Notes: generated by a model from the sequence alone, not told the origin. DNA of 59,415 nucleotides, filler included, from Candidatus Desantisbacteria bacterium CG1_02_49_89 (GCA_001871075.1; 4 parts of 4 records of this genome joined end to end with filler, not necessarily neighbours in it); one strand, 5' to 3'; counted from the whole stretch's first letter, positions 1-10,688 are shown. A program made the numbers and translations.

Positions 1-50
1 GCAGCAAGTTCGCGATAATACCGTCGCTTGAGTGGGCGATCATCTTTTAA
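1..50 (+). CDS. 3' end of an upstream gene, possibly an outer-membrane beta-barrel
   Basis: Frame from position 3 reads SKFAIIPSLEWAIIF-stop (TAA 48-50); terminal Phe resembles a beta-signal. Confidence 0.35.
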   Translation, partial: SKFAIIPSLEWAIIF

Positions 51-144
51 AACAGTGTCAAAGTATCAGAGTATCGTAGGGCAAGCCTTTAGGCTTGCGA
101 TCAGTTGATACGTGAATAAGTCAGAGAATCCAGAAGAGGAAATT

Positions 145-1368
145 ATGAAAATAATGAGAATTGTTTTGATGATCTGCGTTGTTATATGTGTAAATGAAGC
201 AACGGCTAAAGTAAGTACGGCGCCGTATTACTACCTCAACACCGGAGAGGCGCTTGTCATCACAACGGCGGAGACCGAGCCGCAGTATTCGTTCTCGACC
301 AGCATATGCGGGGATTTCGCCGCGTTCATGAAGATCGGTGAGAAATTTACCCTGATCCCTTTTTACGAGCTTGTTTACCAGGGGCCGGGGTTGAGCATGC
401 AGACAAAGGAGGGCGCCAACTTCCAGCAGCAGTCCCAGGAGCATGCGGTGTTCGTAAAAGGTAACTACAGGTTCAGCGAGGCGATGAGCCTGAATTCCCA
501 GGTTGAATACGTGCTGCAGCTCACCAGGACAGGGACAAATGAAAGGTGGGCGGACGGGATGTATAACCTTTATTCCTTTGGTTTTGATATCTACGCGGAC
601 CTGGCGCTGGGCAGGACAACGATGAAACCCGGTTTTTATTACGTCAATTGCACATACCCGAATTACATTTCTCTGCTTGGCATGATAGACAAAAGTCTTG
701 CGATCCCCCAGCAGGATCAGGAAAGGTACAAGATATACCTTACGGGCGAATACGCGCTCCCTAATAATATGTTCCTTGAATACCGCCCGGCGTATACGTT
801 TAAAAATTTCAAGTGGCAGAAAGTGATAGACGAGACCGGAGTCGAGCAGGGCCCTCTGCAGCAGGACGGGATCGTTGAAATGGGCTTGAAGCTGAGCATT
901 CCCAGGCTCAAATACCCTTACGTGCCGGGCCTTGTAATGCTGGTTGACTACGCGTTTACCTGGTATTATTCCAACCAGAACTCGATACAGACAACGGATA
1001 CCGGAAGCATAATCCCGAATTCCTGGATGCCGAATTTCTACGATTACCGCACGCATGAGCTGACACCGCAGATATATTACACTCTCCCGAATAAAATAAG
1101 GCTTATTCTCACGCTGGACTATTCCTTAAAGGATTACGCAAGCAGGCCGCCGCAGGATTACCTCGGGACCTGGCTTACGGATACGGACCAGAAGGAATAC
1201 GACCTTACAAGAACGCTGACAGCGGGCGTATCTTTCCCGCTGGGCAGTTTTTCGCTGGGGATCAATTACGTGCTGACCAGCGCGGTTTCCAACATGAAAT
1301 ACGAAAGGTATTACAAATACACCTACGACAACCAGACAATCATGGTGGATTATACCTTTGAATACTAG
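145..1368 (+). CDS. Secreted hypothetical protein, probable outer-membrane beta-barrel
   Basis: ATG at 145 after GAGG; signal peptide ending ATA; Tyr-rich alternating strands; C-terminus VDYTFEY. Confidence 0.6.
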   Translation: MKIMRIVLMICVVICVNEATAKVSTAPYYYLNTGEALVITTAETEPQYSFSTSICGDFAAFMKIGEKFTLIPFYELVYQGPGLSMQTKEGANFQQQSQEHAVFVKGNYRFSEAMSLNSQVEYVLQLTRTGTNERWADGMYNLYSFGFDIYADLALGRTTMKPGFYYVNCTYPNYISLLGMIDKSLAIPQQDQERYKIYLTGEYALPNNMFLEYRPAYTFKNFKWQKVIDETGVEQGPLQQDGIVEMGLKLSIPRLKYPYVPGLVMLVDYAFTWYYSNQNSIQTTDTGSIIPNSWMPNFYDYRTHELTPQIYYTLPNKIRLILTLDYSLKDYASRPPQDYLGTWLTDTDQKEYDLTRTLTAGVSFPLGSFSLGINYVLTSAVSNMKYERYYKYTYDNQTIMVDYTFEY

Positions 1369-1416
1369 GAAAAGTGATTCCACCGATTCTGAAAACCGAT
1401 TACTCCGATTAAAACC

Positions 1417-3030
1417 ATGAAAGAGAGACATTTTGTTCTTTTGATGCTGGGCATTGCGGTTTTCCTGTTTGTATGGCAGGTAGGCAGCCTTAATTTCGTG
1501 GATGAAGACGAGGCGACCTATGCCAAAACAGCCCAGGAAATGGTTACAAGCGGTGACTGGATCTACCCGCGCTGCAATTATACCGATTTTATAGACAAGC
1601 CCCCGCTTATCTACTGGGGAACAGCAGTGTCTTTCAGGCTCTTTGGAAAAATGGATGAATTCGCAATACGTTTCTGGCATGCCCTGGTCGCGGTCCTGGG
1701 CGTTCTGGCCACTTACCTTATCGCGCGGGAGCTTTTCGGCCTGAAAAGAGCTTTATTTTCAGGCCTGATCCTTTTAAGCTCTCTGCAGTATTTTTACCAG
1801 GCAAGGATGACGCTCTGCGACATACCGCTTACTTTCTTTATAAGCCTTACGCTGTATCTTCTCCTGCTTTTTGCCAGGCGCGGGAAAGCCAGGTTCTATT
1901 ATATGTCAGTGATCGCGGCAGCCCTGGCAGTGCTGGTAAAAGGTCCCATAGGCATCCTTATACCGGCTCTGGTAGCAGCTTTGTATGTTTTTATTTCCGG
2001 GGAAAAGCTGTTCGCGGAAAAACGCGGTTTTCACCTGCTGGCGGGGCTCATGTTGTTTTTTGGGATCGTAAGCCCCTGGTTTATCGCCCAGTTCGCGCAT
2101 TATGGAAGGCTTTTTTTAACGGAATTTTTCATCCATACAAATATAGAAAGAGCGATGCATTCGATAACCGTATCCAGCAAGCCCGACCCTTTCTATTTCT
2201 ATATACCGGTTTTGATCGCCGGGTTCCTGCCGTGGTCGGGCATAATGCTTTACAGCGCCGGTACCGCGGCCAGGAGATGCCGGCTGGGCTTTAAAGAGCT
2301 GAGGGCAGGCAGGCCTGAGCTAAAAAACGAGCTTTTTCTTCTGATATGGGCGGGAACTGTTTTCGTGCTTTTCAGCGTTTTCGGAATGAAGGCCCCGAGG
2401 TACATACTGCCCGTTTTTCCGCCGCTTGCGATCCTGACCGCCGGTTTTTTTGAGGAGAAGGAAGGTCCCCGGCTCATACTGCCGTTCCTTTTTTCGGTGA
2501 TACTTGCTCCCTTCATTATCGGTGCGGTCATCGCGGCAGGGAAATTTTTTCCGTCAGACGCGGCGCTTTACCTGCCCATCCTGGCGCCTTCGTTCATCAT
2601 ACTGGGAGCCGGTATCATTGTTTCGTCGTTCTTGCTTTTTGTCAGAAAGGAAATTTCATTTACTAACTTTCTTATGACCGCTTTTGCGGCTTATACCGCT
2701 TTTATAGTTTTTGCCGGTATCCATTACAACAGGTTAACAATTTCAAAACCGTTCGCGGATATAATAAAAAAGACGCTGCGTCCTGAAGAATTAATAATAA
2801 ATTACAAGCCCCTTTACGGGGAGGGATTCAGCCCCGCGTTTTACGCAAACCACAGGATGGGTTTCGTAACGGATGAGCAGGAAATACTTGCCCTTTTGAA
2901 CTCCGAAACAAAGGTTTACTGCATCACTTCAGGGAAGGATCTCAGTCCCATTAAGGAAAAAGTCAGGACCCGGACGCTTGACGAGAGGATGGGCCGGGTC
3001 CTTTTTACCAATAGGCCGGAGAGTCATTAG
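1417..3030 (+). CDS. ArnT/PMT-family (GT-C) glycosyltransferase
   Basis: DEATYAKTAQEM, DKPPLIYW, LVKGPIG and PRYILPVFPPLA motifs; many TM segments. Confidence 0.88.
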   Translation: MKERHFVLLMLGIAVFLFVWQVGSLNFVDEDEATYAKTAQEMVTSGDWIYPRCNYTDFIDKPPLIYWGTAVSFRLFGKMDEFAIRFWHALVAVLGVLATYLIARELFGLKRALFSGLILLSSLQYFYQARMTLCDIPLTFFISLTLYLLLLFARRGKARFYYMSVIAAALAVLVKGPIGILIPALVAALYVFISGEKLFAEKRGFHLLAGLMLFFGIVSPWFIAQFAHYGRLFLTEFFIHTNIERAMHSITVSSKPDPFYFYIPVLIAGFLPWSGIMLYSAGTAARRCRLGFKELRAGRPELKNELFLLIWAGTVFVLFSVFGMKAPRYILPVFPPLAILTAGFFEEKEGPRLILPFLFSVILAPFIIGAVIAAGKFFPSDAALYLPILAPSFIILGAGIIVSSFLLFVRKEISFTNFLMTAFAAYTAFIVFAGIHYNRLTISKPFADIIKKTLRPEELIINYKPLYGEGFSPAFYANHRMGFVTDEQEILALLNSETKVYCITSGKDLSPIKEKVRTRTLDERMGRVLFTNRPESH

Positions 3031-3081
3031 CCCTGTTCTGACTCGTAGGTTCCTGCGTTAAGTTCCGTAGGAACTGCAGGA
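3018..3081 (+). repeat. ~70-bp two-hairpin dispersed repeat, copy 1 (others at 12233-12303, 36112-36182, 41563-41632)
   Basis: GAGTCA..TGACTC-GTAGG-TTCCTGC-GTTAAG-TTCC..GGAACT-GCAGGA; same layout in all four copies. Confidence 0.8.
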
Positions 3082-3147
3082 ATCAGGGGTTGCAGGGATC
3101 GGAACCATAGGGAGAACACGTAACAGTCGTTTGACAACAGGCAGGTT

Positions 3148-5052
3148 ATGAAACAAATAAAACCGACCAAACATACAAAGATCAGTTTTTACCTGGGCTT
3201 GATAGTCATCGCGTTCATGTCATTTGCCATACTGGCGGACCTTTTCGGGGTTTTAAGGCTCAAGGGCATAGATTTTTATTTTACCATACGCCCCCAGATC
3301 ACCCCCAGGAGCGATATCGTAATAGTCACGATAGATGATATGAGTATTAAAGAACTCGGCGTGTGGCCATGGCCGAGAAGATACCACGCGGAAGTCTTAG
3401 ATTTCCTTACCAGGGCCAAGGCGAAAGTGGTGGGTTTTGACATACTTTTTGCTGATAACGCTCCGGACCCTGAAGACGACCGTTTGCTTATAGATGCGGC
3501 CCGGAAAGCTAAAAACGTGTATTTCACGATGTTCTTTTCTCCCCAAAAAAGGAAGAGGGCTGAAACCAAAAAGGTGTCAATAGTCGTTACCACGGAAAAG
3601 GAGAAGGCGGTCGAGGAGTTCCTGCCAAGGTTTGCCGTTACGCGGTTAGGGACATCGGATACACCAACCGGCGGGCAGGAAGTGACGATACCCATAACCG
3701 ATCTTTCGAAATGCTCAAAGGGAATAGGCAACATAAACTACGAGCCGGATGAGGACGGAGTCATAAGGTATGGCCAGCTGATAGTGGGCTACAAGGGGAA
3801 TTATTATCCGGCGCTCAGCCTTTGTCTTGCAGCTGGTTCGATGGGCCTTTCCATAGACCAGATCAAGGTAGGCAGGTACATAAAACTGAAAGACGACATT
3901 GTTCCGATCAGCAGGCAGGGGAAGATACTTGTAAATTACGTGGGGCCTTTTGATAAGTTCAAGACAATACCGTATTACAGGGTCCTGACCGGCGAAATGC
4001 CGGAAAGTGCATTCAAGGATAAGATTGTGCTGGTGGGTTCAACCGCCACCGGGGTCTACGACCTGCGCGTCACGCCATTTTCCGCTAATTTCCCTGGAGT
4101 TGGCGTCCACGCGAATATAATAAACAGCATACTTACCAGAAAATACATAAGAGCTCTGCCGCCGGTCCTGGGTCTCATGTTCGTTATCGGGTTCGGCCTT
4201 TTACTCGGTTACGCTTTACCCAGGCTTTCGCCTCTTCTTAAAGCGGTTTTCGCGGCCAGCCTTTTTGCGGTCCTGGTCACAACCGGAGTAGTCTTTTTCA
4301 ACAATAATATTTATATGGACATTGTTTATCCGGGGATGGCCGTTCTTTTCAGCTACTTCACAATTTCGCTTTACCTTTTTATAGCGGAGGAAAGAGAAAA
4401 GAGGGAAGTGAAGGGGGCATTCAGCAAATACGTCAACCCGGAAGTTATGGAAGAGATACTCAGCGCTCCGGAAAAGCTGCAGCTGGGCGGCACCAAGAAG
4501 AAACTTACCATACTTTTCGCGGACGTGCGCGGTTTCACTCCCATTTCAGAAAAGCTCCAGCCTGAGGAAGTCGTAAGCCTTTTGAACGAATGCCTTACCG
4601 AGATGGCGGACGCGATATTCAAGCACGAGGGCACACTTGATAAGTTTATCGGGGACGCTGTCCTGGCGTTTTTCGGGGCACCGGTGGAGCACACGGATGA
4701 CCCGCAGCGCGCCGTAAGGACCGCGTGGGAAATGCAGCAGAGGATAGATGTCGTTAACAAGCGCCGCGAGGGCGGAACTCACGGTCTCCTTAAAATAGGG
4801 ATAGGCATAAACACTGGCGATGTGGTTGTGGGCAACGTGGGTTCACACAGGAGAATGGATTACACCGTGATCGGGGATAACGTGAACCTTGGGCAGCGCC
4901 TCGAAGACACGGCGGGCGGAGGCCAGATACTTATAAGCGAGAGCACCTACGAGCTTGTAAAGGACATAGTTGACGCGGTAAAGCTTGAGCCCATAAAAGT
5001 CAAGGGCAGGGTACAGCCTGTCCAGATATACGAGATTCACGGAGTGAGATAA
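3148..5052 (+). CDS. CHASE2-domain class III adenylate/guanylate cyclase
   Basis: CHASE2 (IDD..WPWPR, DEDGVIR, PGVGVHANII), 3 TM segments, cyclase core LFADVRGFT, DKFIGDA, DYTVIGDNVNLGQRLE. Confidence 0.93.
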   Translation: MKQIKPTKHTKISFYLGLIVIAFMSFAILADLFGVLRLKGIDFYFTIRPQITPRSDIVIVTIDDMSIKELGVWPWPRRYHAEVLDFLTRAKAKVVGFDILFADNAPDPEDDRLLIDAARKAKNVYFTMFFSPQKRKRAETKKVSIVVTTEKEKAVEEFLPRFAVTRLGTSDTPTGGQEVTIPITDLSKCSKGIGNINYEPDEDGVIRYGQLIVGYKGNYYPALSLCLAAGSMGLSIDQIKVGRYIKLKDDIVPISRQGKILVNYVGPFDKFKTIPYYRVLTGEMPESAFKDKIVLVGSTATGVYDLRVTPFSANFPGVGVHANIINSILTRKYIRALPPVLGLMFVIGFGLLLGYALPRLSPLLKAVFAASLFAVLVTTGVVFFNNNIYMDIVYPGMAVLFSYFTISLYLFIAEEREKREVKGAFSKYVNPEVMEEILSAPEKLQLGGTKKKLTILFADVRGFTPISEKLQPEEVVSLLNECLTEMADAIFKHEGTLDKFIGDAVLAFFGAPVEHTDDPQRAVRTAWEMQQRIDVVNKRREGGTHGLLKIGIGINTGDVVVGNVGSHRRMDYTVIGDNVNLGQRLEDTAGGGQILISESTYELVKDIVDAVKLEPIKVKGRVQPVQIYEIHGVR

Positions 5053-5053
5053 A

Positions 5054-6412
5054 ATGTCATCAGGCATGATAAGCGTGTCTTCTCAAGCGGGAGGCGCGGG
5101 AATATCCGGGATAGTGACCCAGATACTTTCAACTATACTGGGGCTTGCGATAACCATTGCTTTCGTGCTGGTCCAGATGACCGCCACGAAATACATATCT
5201 CAGGTCATAGACATGTTCCTGAGGTGGAAAGTGAACCTTCTGCCCGTGGCACTTTTCATATTTTCTCTTATTTTTGTTAACAGCGTTAATACAGGGGCGT
5301 CGGACACGGTCAGCCTTATATTGCTGCTTATCAGCGTTATTTCCCTTGTTCCGTATTTTTACGCATTGTTCGGATTCCTTAAATCAGAGAACCTTGTTGA
5401 CAGGATGGGAGAAGAAACGGTCAGGGCGCTTGAGCGCGGCAACAGGAAAAAAGCGCTTGACGAGATACTTAAGCTCAACAAAATGTCCAAGAGCGCCATA
5501 CAGAGGATGAAGAACGAAGTGCCGTTGAGATCAGCAGATCTCGTAAGGGACATCATGGTCCGTTATATTGACCTTAAAAAGGGCATGCCCGCGGAATGGT
5601 TCAGGATCGATTCTTCGGATTTTCCCGGCTCGCCGCCCGAAGCCATAGATGAAATAAACCGAAACAGGACATGGCTGGAAGTGAAGGTTTTTCAGGAGTT
5701 CGCTGTCATATTCAACCTGATACTATCCAGCTGGTACAAATTAAGGGATGTGCTTACGGGTATCCTGATAGCGGCGCGGACAGTAGGGTGTAAGGCGCAG
5801 GAGGCGGGGGACGGGCATGTTGTGGATCTGATGGTCAAATTCTTCAATACCTTCGCAAGGCTTGCCCTGAACAACAGCGACAGGACAGTTCTCTACAACA
5901 TATTCTACCAGTACCGGCTTTTCGCGGAATCGCTGCTTTCGAAGAACGACGGGCTTTCCCGCAGGATCGCCAGGCATATCGGGTATTACGGAACCCTCGC
6001 GGAGAAGCTGGGGCAGGAATACGTGCTGGAGACCAGCCTTTACGACATAATGATGCTTGTGCAGGCAGCCTGCGGGAAAAAAGCCGCTAATCATGCCGTG
6101 CTGCTGGAGGATTTCCTGGGTATGTACGATGATGCGGGGAAAAGCGGGAACGATAAACTTGTCTTCAAACTTGAAAAGAGATACCTGATGCTCGCGGGTT
6201 TCTACATACTGAAGAACGAACGGAGTTTTGCCGATCTGATAAAAAGGAAGCTGCAAACCGCGGGCCCGAGGATAAAAGAACTGGAGGCCCAGATCATGAA
6301 GGAGAAAGACCCGGATTTCTGGGAAGTCACAGACCGGATCATTAATTTCGATTACGTTGACAGCGCGCAAAAAGAAGGAATACGCAAGTTTATGGCGGAA
6401 CTGGAATCCTGA
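5054..6412 (+). CDS. Membrane-anchored hypothetical protein (DUF2254-like N-terminus, helical C-terminus)
   Basis: N-terminal TM helices with LVQMTATKY; starts 1 bp after the cyclase stop. Confidence 0.5.
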   Translation: MSSGMISVSSQAGGAGISGIVTQILSTILGLAITIAFVLVQMTATKYISQVIDMFLRWKVNLLPVALFIFSLIFVNSVNTGASDTVSLILLLISVISLVPYFYALFGFLKSENLVDRMGEETVRALERGNRKKALDEILKLNKMSKSAIQRMKNEVPLRSADLVRDIMVRYIDLKKGMPAEWFRIDSSDFPGSPPEAIDEINRNRTWLEVKVFQEFAVIFNLILSSWYKLRDVLTGILIAARTVGCKAQEAGDGHVVDLMVKFFNTFARLALNNSDRTVLYNIFYQYRLFAESLLSKNDGLSRRIARHIGYYGTLAEKLGQEYVLETSLYDIMMLVQAACGKKAANHAVLLEDFLGMYDDAGKSGNDKLVFKLEKRYLMLAGFYILKNERSFADLIKRKLQTAGPRIKELEAQIMKEKDPDFWEVTDRIINFDYVDSAQKEGIRKFMAELES

Positions 6413-6547
6413 GTAATAATTCAATGCAAAATTAAAAATGCCCCAAAGGGATTCCTTTGGAACAAAATGCAAAATTATGGAATAGCATTTAAATTTACAT
6501 TTTACAATTTGCAATTTGACTTTTGCAATAGGTAGTAGGAGAGAAAG

Positions 6548-7261
6548 TTGTTTCTTTTCCTGAGACTGTTACTGGCGCATCTTGTAGCTGATTTCCCGCT
6601 TCAGTTCACCAAGCTTTTCAAACTGAAGTCCGAAAGCTTTAAGGGGGTGGTGCTGCACGGCTGTATTTTCGGTATAATAGCCGTGCTGTTCTCATATCCC
6701 TTCATAACCTTTTCTTTCATAGGGATGTACCTGCTTTTCCTGTGGGTATTCCATATTTTTATTGACTGGCTCAAGATCCACATGATACACAAGTGGAAAA
6801 GGGAAGACAATCTGGGCCTTTTTATCCTTGACCAGGTCCTTCATCTTATTTCCATAGCGGTCGTGATCCCGTTCACTAAAATTCAGGTCCGGACCGCCGC
6901 CGGGCTTGGGAAGCTTTATATGAACGATAAGTTCATTGTTTTCTGCATTTTCTATATCATATCCATGTTCATGGCAACGATCCTCATATATTATATGAAA
7001 AAGACATTTACCGGGAAAGAAGTTTATTTCCCAAGGAAAGGCAAGTACCGCGACATATTTGAGAGGGCGATCGTAACGACCCTTGTGGTCCTGCCGGGCT
7101 GGTACTGGGCTCTCATCCCGGTTGTCGTTGGTACTAAGGTAGCTCTATGCGCGAAGCATAATTTTAAGGAAAACGAGTATGATTATTCAATTTTCACCCT
7201 TATAGCAAGCCCGTCAATAGCCGTTATCTCGGGTTTAATACTGAGAATTTTCTTTATGTAA
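6548..7261 (+). CDS. DUF3307-domain membrane protein
   Basis: LLAHLVADFPLQ, HIFIDWLK, LDQVLHL motifs; TTG start after AGGAG. Confidence 0.8.
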   Translation: MFLFLRLLLAHLVADFPLQFTKLFKLKSESFKGVVLHGCIFGIIAVLFSYPFITFSFIGMYLLFLWVFHIFIDWLKIHMIHKWKREDNLGLFILDQVLHLISIAVVIPFTKIQVRTAAGLGKLYMNDKFIVFCIFYIISMFMATILIYYMKKTFTGKEVYFPRKGKYRDIFERAIVTTLVVLPGWYWALIPVVVGTKVALCAKHNFKENEYDYSIFTLIASPSIAVISGLILRIFFM

Positions 7262-7273
7262 GGATCTGCGGAG

Positions 7274-8893
7274 ATGAAAAAGAAGATCATGGACCCGGAA
7301 GAAGAGCTGGCCAGGGCAAAAGGGGAGCTTAAAATTTTCCACTGGCTGAGCAGGTCATGCAGTTCCGATGTCAGCATGGACGAGCTGCTTGATAAGTTCA
7401 CTGACCTCCTGCTGGAAGTTATGAAAGTAGAGGCGGGTTCCATACTGCTGCAAAGGGACAGCAGGCTCTTTTTCAAGGTCGCGAAAGGAAAGAAGGCAAA
7501 GCCGTTAAAAGAGACAGCTGTAAAACACGGCGAGGGCATAGTGGGATGGGTGGTGAAAACCGGGAAATCCGTGATCGTCCGGGATGTCAGGAAAGACAGG
7601 CGTTTTACCACTAAATTCGACGAAATTACGGGTTTCAAAACAAAGTCAATACTGGCGGTTCCGCTGAAAATGAAAGGCAGGATAATGGGGGCTATTGAGA
7701 TACTTAACCCGGCCAGGGAGCCTTTTTCCGGCGGCTCGCTTGAATTCCTGGAAAGCCTCGCATCACAGGTTGTTATAGCCATAGAAAACGTGTACCTCCT
7801 TGAAGAAACAAAGGAAAGATTCTCGGAGATGAACGCCCTTTTTGACGTCAGCCACATCATTACTTCCAGCATTGCCCAGGAAACGCTTTTGAATTCCATA
7901 ATGAGATCGGCTACCAACATGCTTGAGGTTGAAGCCATATCCCTGCTTCTGGTTGACGGGCTCACGAATGAGCTTGTTTTTAAGGTCGCGCTTGGCGAAA
8001 AAGGCCGGAAGATAAAGGAATTCAGGATCCCGATAGACGAAACAAGCATTGCCGGATGGGTCGCGAAGAACGGCAAGCCCATCATAGTAAACGACGTCAT
8101 GGAGGATACCAGGTTCAACCCGCACTACGGCCAGAAAGTCGATTTCCGGACCAAATCCATACTCTGCGTGCCGCTGAAGATAAAGGACAGGATCATTGGC
8201 GTTGCCGAGGCAATAAACAAAAAGGATGACGAAAGATTTGATTCCAGGGACCAGGACCTGTTCGCCACTGTGGCAAACCAGATCGCGATGGCCAGCGAGA
8301 ACACGAAGCTCAACCAGGACCTGGAGATCATGCTTTTCGGCACGGTCGCCTCTCTGGTAACTGCGATCGAAGCCAAGGATACATACACGAAAGGCCATTC
8401 GGAAAGGGTCACGGAATATGCGCTGATGTTGGGAAGGGCGCTGAAGTTGTCGGAAGATGAGCTGGTCATACTGCGCCTCTCAAGCCTTCTGCACGATATA
8501 GGAAAGATCGGGGTGATGGAAGGTGTGCTCAGCAAGAAGGACCCGCTTACCGAAGAAGAGTGGAAGAGCATCAGGCAGCATCCGGCTACCGGGGCGAAGA
8601 TACTTGAACCCGTTAAGCAGATATCCAACATTATTCCTTTCATACTGCACCATCACGAAAGATACGACGGCAAAGGTTACCCGGACTGCATGTCAGGGGA
8701 AGGCATCCCTCTTTTTTCCAGGATCATCGCGATAGGGGACACATTCGACGCGATGACGTCAGACCGCCCGTACAGGAAAGGGCTTTCAGCGCAGATAGCG
8801 CTGGGAGAAATAGAGAAGAACAGGGGAACCCAGTTCGACCCGCACCTTGCCGAAGTTTTTATCCAGACCTACAGGGGGAGCAATGAGTTATGA
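7274..8893 (+). CDS. GAF-GAF-HD-GYP cyclic dinucleotide phosphodiesterase
   Basis: Two GAF repeats (TKSILAVPL, TKSILCVPL); EAKDTYTKGHSERV, HDIGK, HHERYDGKGYP, FDAMTSDRPYRK. Confidence 0.93.
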   Translation: MKKKIMDPEEELARAKGELKIFHWLSRSCSSDVSMDELLDKFTDLLLEVMKVEAGSILLQRDSRLFFKVAKGKKAKPLKETAVKHGEGIVGWVVKTGKSVIVRDVRKDRRFTTKFDEITGFKTKSILAVPLKMKGRIMGAIEILNPAREPFSGGSLEFLESLASQVVIAIENVYLLEETKERFSEMNALFDVSHIITSSIAQETLLNSIMRSATNMLEVEAISLLLVDGLTNELVFKVALGEKGRKIKEFRIPIDETSIAGWVAKNGKPIIVNDVMEDTRFNPHYGQKVDFRTKSILCVPLKIKDRIIGVAEAINKKDDERFDSRDQDLFATVANQIAMASENTKLNQDLEIMLFGTVASLVTAIEAKDTYTKGHSERVTEYALMLGRALKLSEDELVILRLSSLLHDIGKIGVMEGVLSKKDPLTEEEWKSIRQHPATGAKILEPVKQISNIIPFILHHHERYDGKGYPDCMSGEGIPLFSRIIAIGDTFDAMTSDRPYRKGLSAQIALGEIEKNRGTQFDPHLAEVFIQTYRGSNEL

Positions 8894-9905
8894 ATCCTTT
8901 TACCATCTAAGGGAGCTTCCGTTTGCCAGCACCGTTGACCTAAGGTTCTATTTTGAGACCGATCAGTGTAAGGACGCTATTGCAAGGCTGAAGCACGCGA
9001 TAGAAGAAGGCGTAGGCCTGGGGGTTGTTATCGGAGAGATGGGCATGGGCAAAACAACCCTTGCGAAAAGGATGTTCGACGAAGCGCAGTCCCCGTCCTA
9101 CAAACCGGTGTTCCTTACGATCATACACCGTTCGGTCACTGCCAGCTGGCTTCTTAAGAAAATCGCCCTGCAAATGGACATATCATCCCTTCCGGATGAA
9201 AAATTCCTGCTGGTCGACCGCATTTACAACAGGCTCTGCGAACTCAGCGACGAGGGCATGAAAACCGTCGTATTCGTCGACGAGGCGAACATGCTGCAGG
9301 CAAAGGAGCTGCTTGAGGAATTCAGGGTGCTTATAAACCTGGAATTAAACGGTAAGAAGCTCATAAATTTCATTTTTTTCGGGTTGCCGGAAATAGATGA
9401 ATACCTTAAATTAGACGAGCACCTGCGCCAGAGGGTTGCTTCCAGGATAGTTTTGAAACCCATAGATCTGCAGTCCACCGCAGGTTACATCGGCTACAGG
9501 CTGGGCATTGCCGGGACCAACAGGAAGATCTTCACCGAGGGAGCCATAGCGCTCACCCACCATTATTCCAGGGGCATACCGCGTCTGATAAACACCCTCT
9601 GCGATAACGCTCTGCTTGAGACGTACCTCAAAAGGCAGGGCCTGATAGACGAAAAAACCATAGAGTGGGTTGCGGTCGAGATAGGCCTTAAAGAGGAAAA
9701 AGAAGTTGTGTTCAGAGAGCGCAAGCCTTTCGGCGAGATACTGATCGATGACAAACTGATAACAAAAACGCAGCTGGACAAGGCGCTTGAATATCAGAAA
9801 GAGGAAAGCATAACACTTGGCCAGGCGCTGGTGAAGCTGGATTACGTGCCCAAGGACACCATGATAGCGTACCTTAAGAAATACTATAAAACCGCATACC
9901 TTTAA
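8883..9905 (+). CDS. ExeA/GspA-like AAA ATPase with C-terminal MshEN-like domain
   Basis: MSYESFYHLRELPF start, Walker A GEMGMGKTT, Walker B VFVDEA, GIPRLINTLCD; tail FGEILIDDKLITKTQLDKALEYQ; start overlaps the HD-GYP stop. Confidence 0.85.
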   Translation: MSYESFYHLRELPFASTVDLRFYFETDQCKDAIARLKHAIEEGVGLGVVIGEMGMGKTTLAKRMFDEAQSPSYKPVFLTIIHRSVTASWLLKKIALQMDISSLPDEKFLLVDRIYNRLCELSDEGMKTVVFVDEANMLQAKELLEEFRVLINLELNGKKLINFIFFGLPEIDEYLKLDEHLRQRVASRIVLKPIDLQSTAGYIGYRLGIAGTNRKIFTEGAIALTHHYSRGIPRLINTLCDNALLETYLKRQGLIDEKTIEWVAVEIGLKEEKEVVFRERKPFGEILIDDKLITKTQLDKALEYQKEESITLGQALVKLDYVPKDTMIAYLKKYYKTAYL

Positions 9906-9996
9906 ATACAGTGGTCAGCGGTGAGTGGTTAGTGGTCCCCCTGCTTTCTCATGAAAGCAAGAAGGGGGACTCGCTTTATGCGGTGAGTGAAAGGCA

Positions 9997-10506
9997 ATGA
10001 ACGAAAAAACAGAAGAAAAAATCGGGGATAATGAGCAGCTGCGCAGGGAAATAGAGGAAAAGAGCGCGCTGTGCAAAGAGTACCTGGACCACCTTGTGCG
10101 TCTTAAGGCGGAATTCGAGAATTTTAAAAAACGGGCTGACAAAGAAAAGCTTGAATATGTGAAATTCTCAAACGCCGACCTTATACGGCAGGTGCTGCCT
10201 GTCATTGAGAGCCTTGAGATGGGATTGGGGGCGGCTAAGAGCCTGCCGGGCGCTCAGGAGCTTGTTAAAGGCCTTGAGATGGTGGTTTCAGAACTGCAGG
10301 AGATCCTGGAAAGTAACGGCTTGACGAGGATAGAGACAAAAGGCAGGCTTTTTGACCCCCACGTTCATGAGGTAGTAGAACACGTTGAGGTATCTTCGAG
10401 CGCCGCTGAAAATGAGATCATAGAAGAAGTAAAGGCAGGATACATCCTTTACGGCAGGGTCCTGTGCCCCGCCCTTGTCAAGATTGCGAAAAAGGTTAAA
10501 AGTTAA
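9997..10506 (+). CDS. grpE: Nucleotide exchange factor GrpE
   Basis: RLKAEFENFKKR, FDPHVHE, GYILYGRVLCPALVKI. Confidence 0.95.
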   Translation: MNEKTEEKIGDNEQLRREIEEKSALCKEYLDHLVRLKAEFENFKKRADKEKLEYVKFSNADLIRQVLPVIESLEMGLGAAKSLPGAQELVKGLEMVVSELQEILESNGLTRIETKGRLFDPHVHEVVEHVEVSSSAAENEIIEEVKAGYILYGRVLCPALVKIAKKVKS

Positions 10507-10688
10507 AGGTTGAAGGTTAAAAGCCAAAAGATTACCACGAAAACACGAAAGTATCACGAAAGCACGAAAATTTATTATCTTGCTAATGACAAATGACTAT
10601 TGACTAATGACTGCTTTTAAAACACCGTAATCATCTTCAATAATCACTGTAATCATCAGTTAGAAATCACCGTAATCAAAATAGTTAA

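Noticed and set aside
10535-10680. Spaced AATCACYGTAATC units as a CRISPR array
   Set aside because: Units are only ~13 bp with ~10-bp spacers, degenerate and dispersed; no cas genes seen
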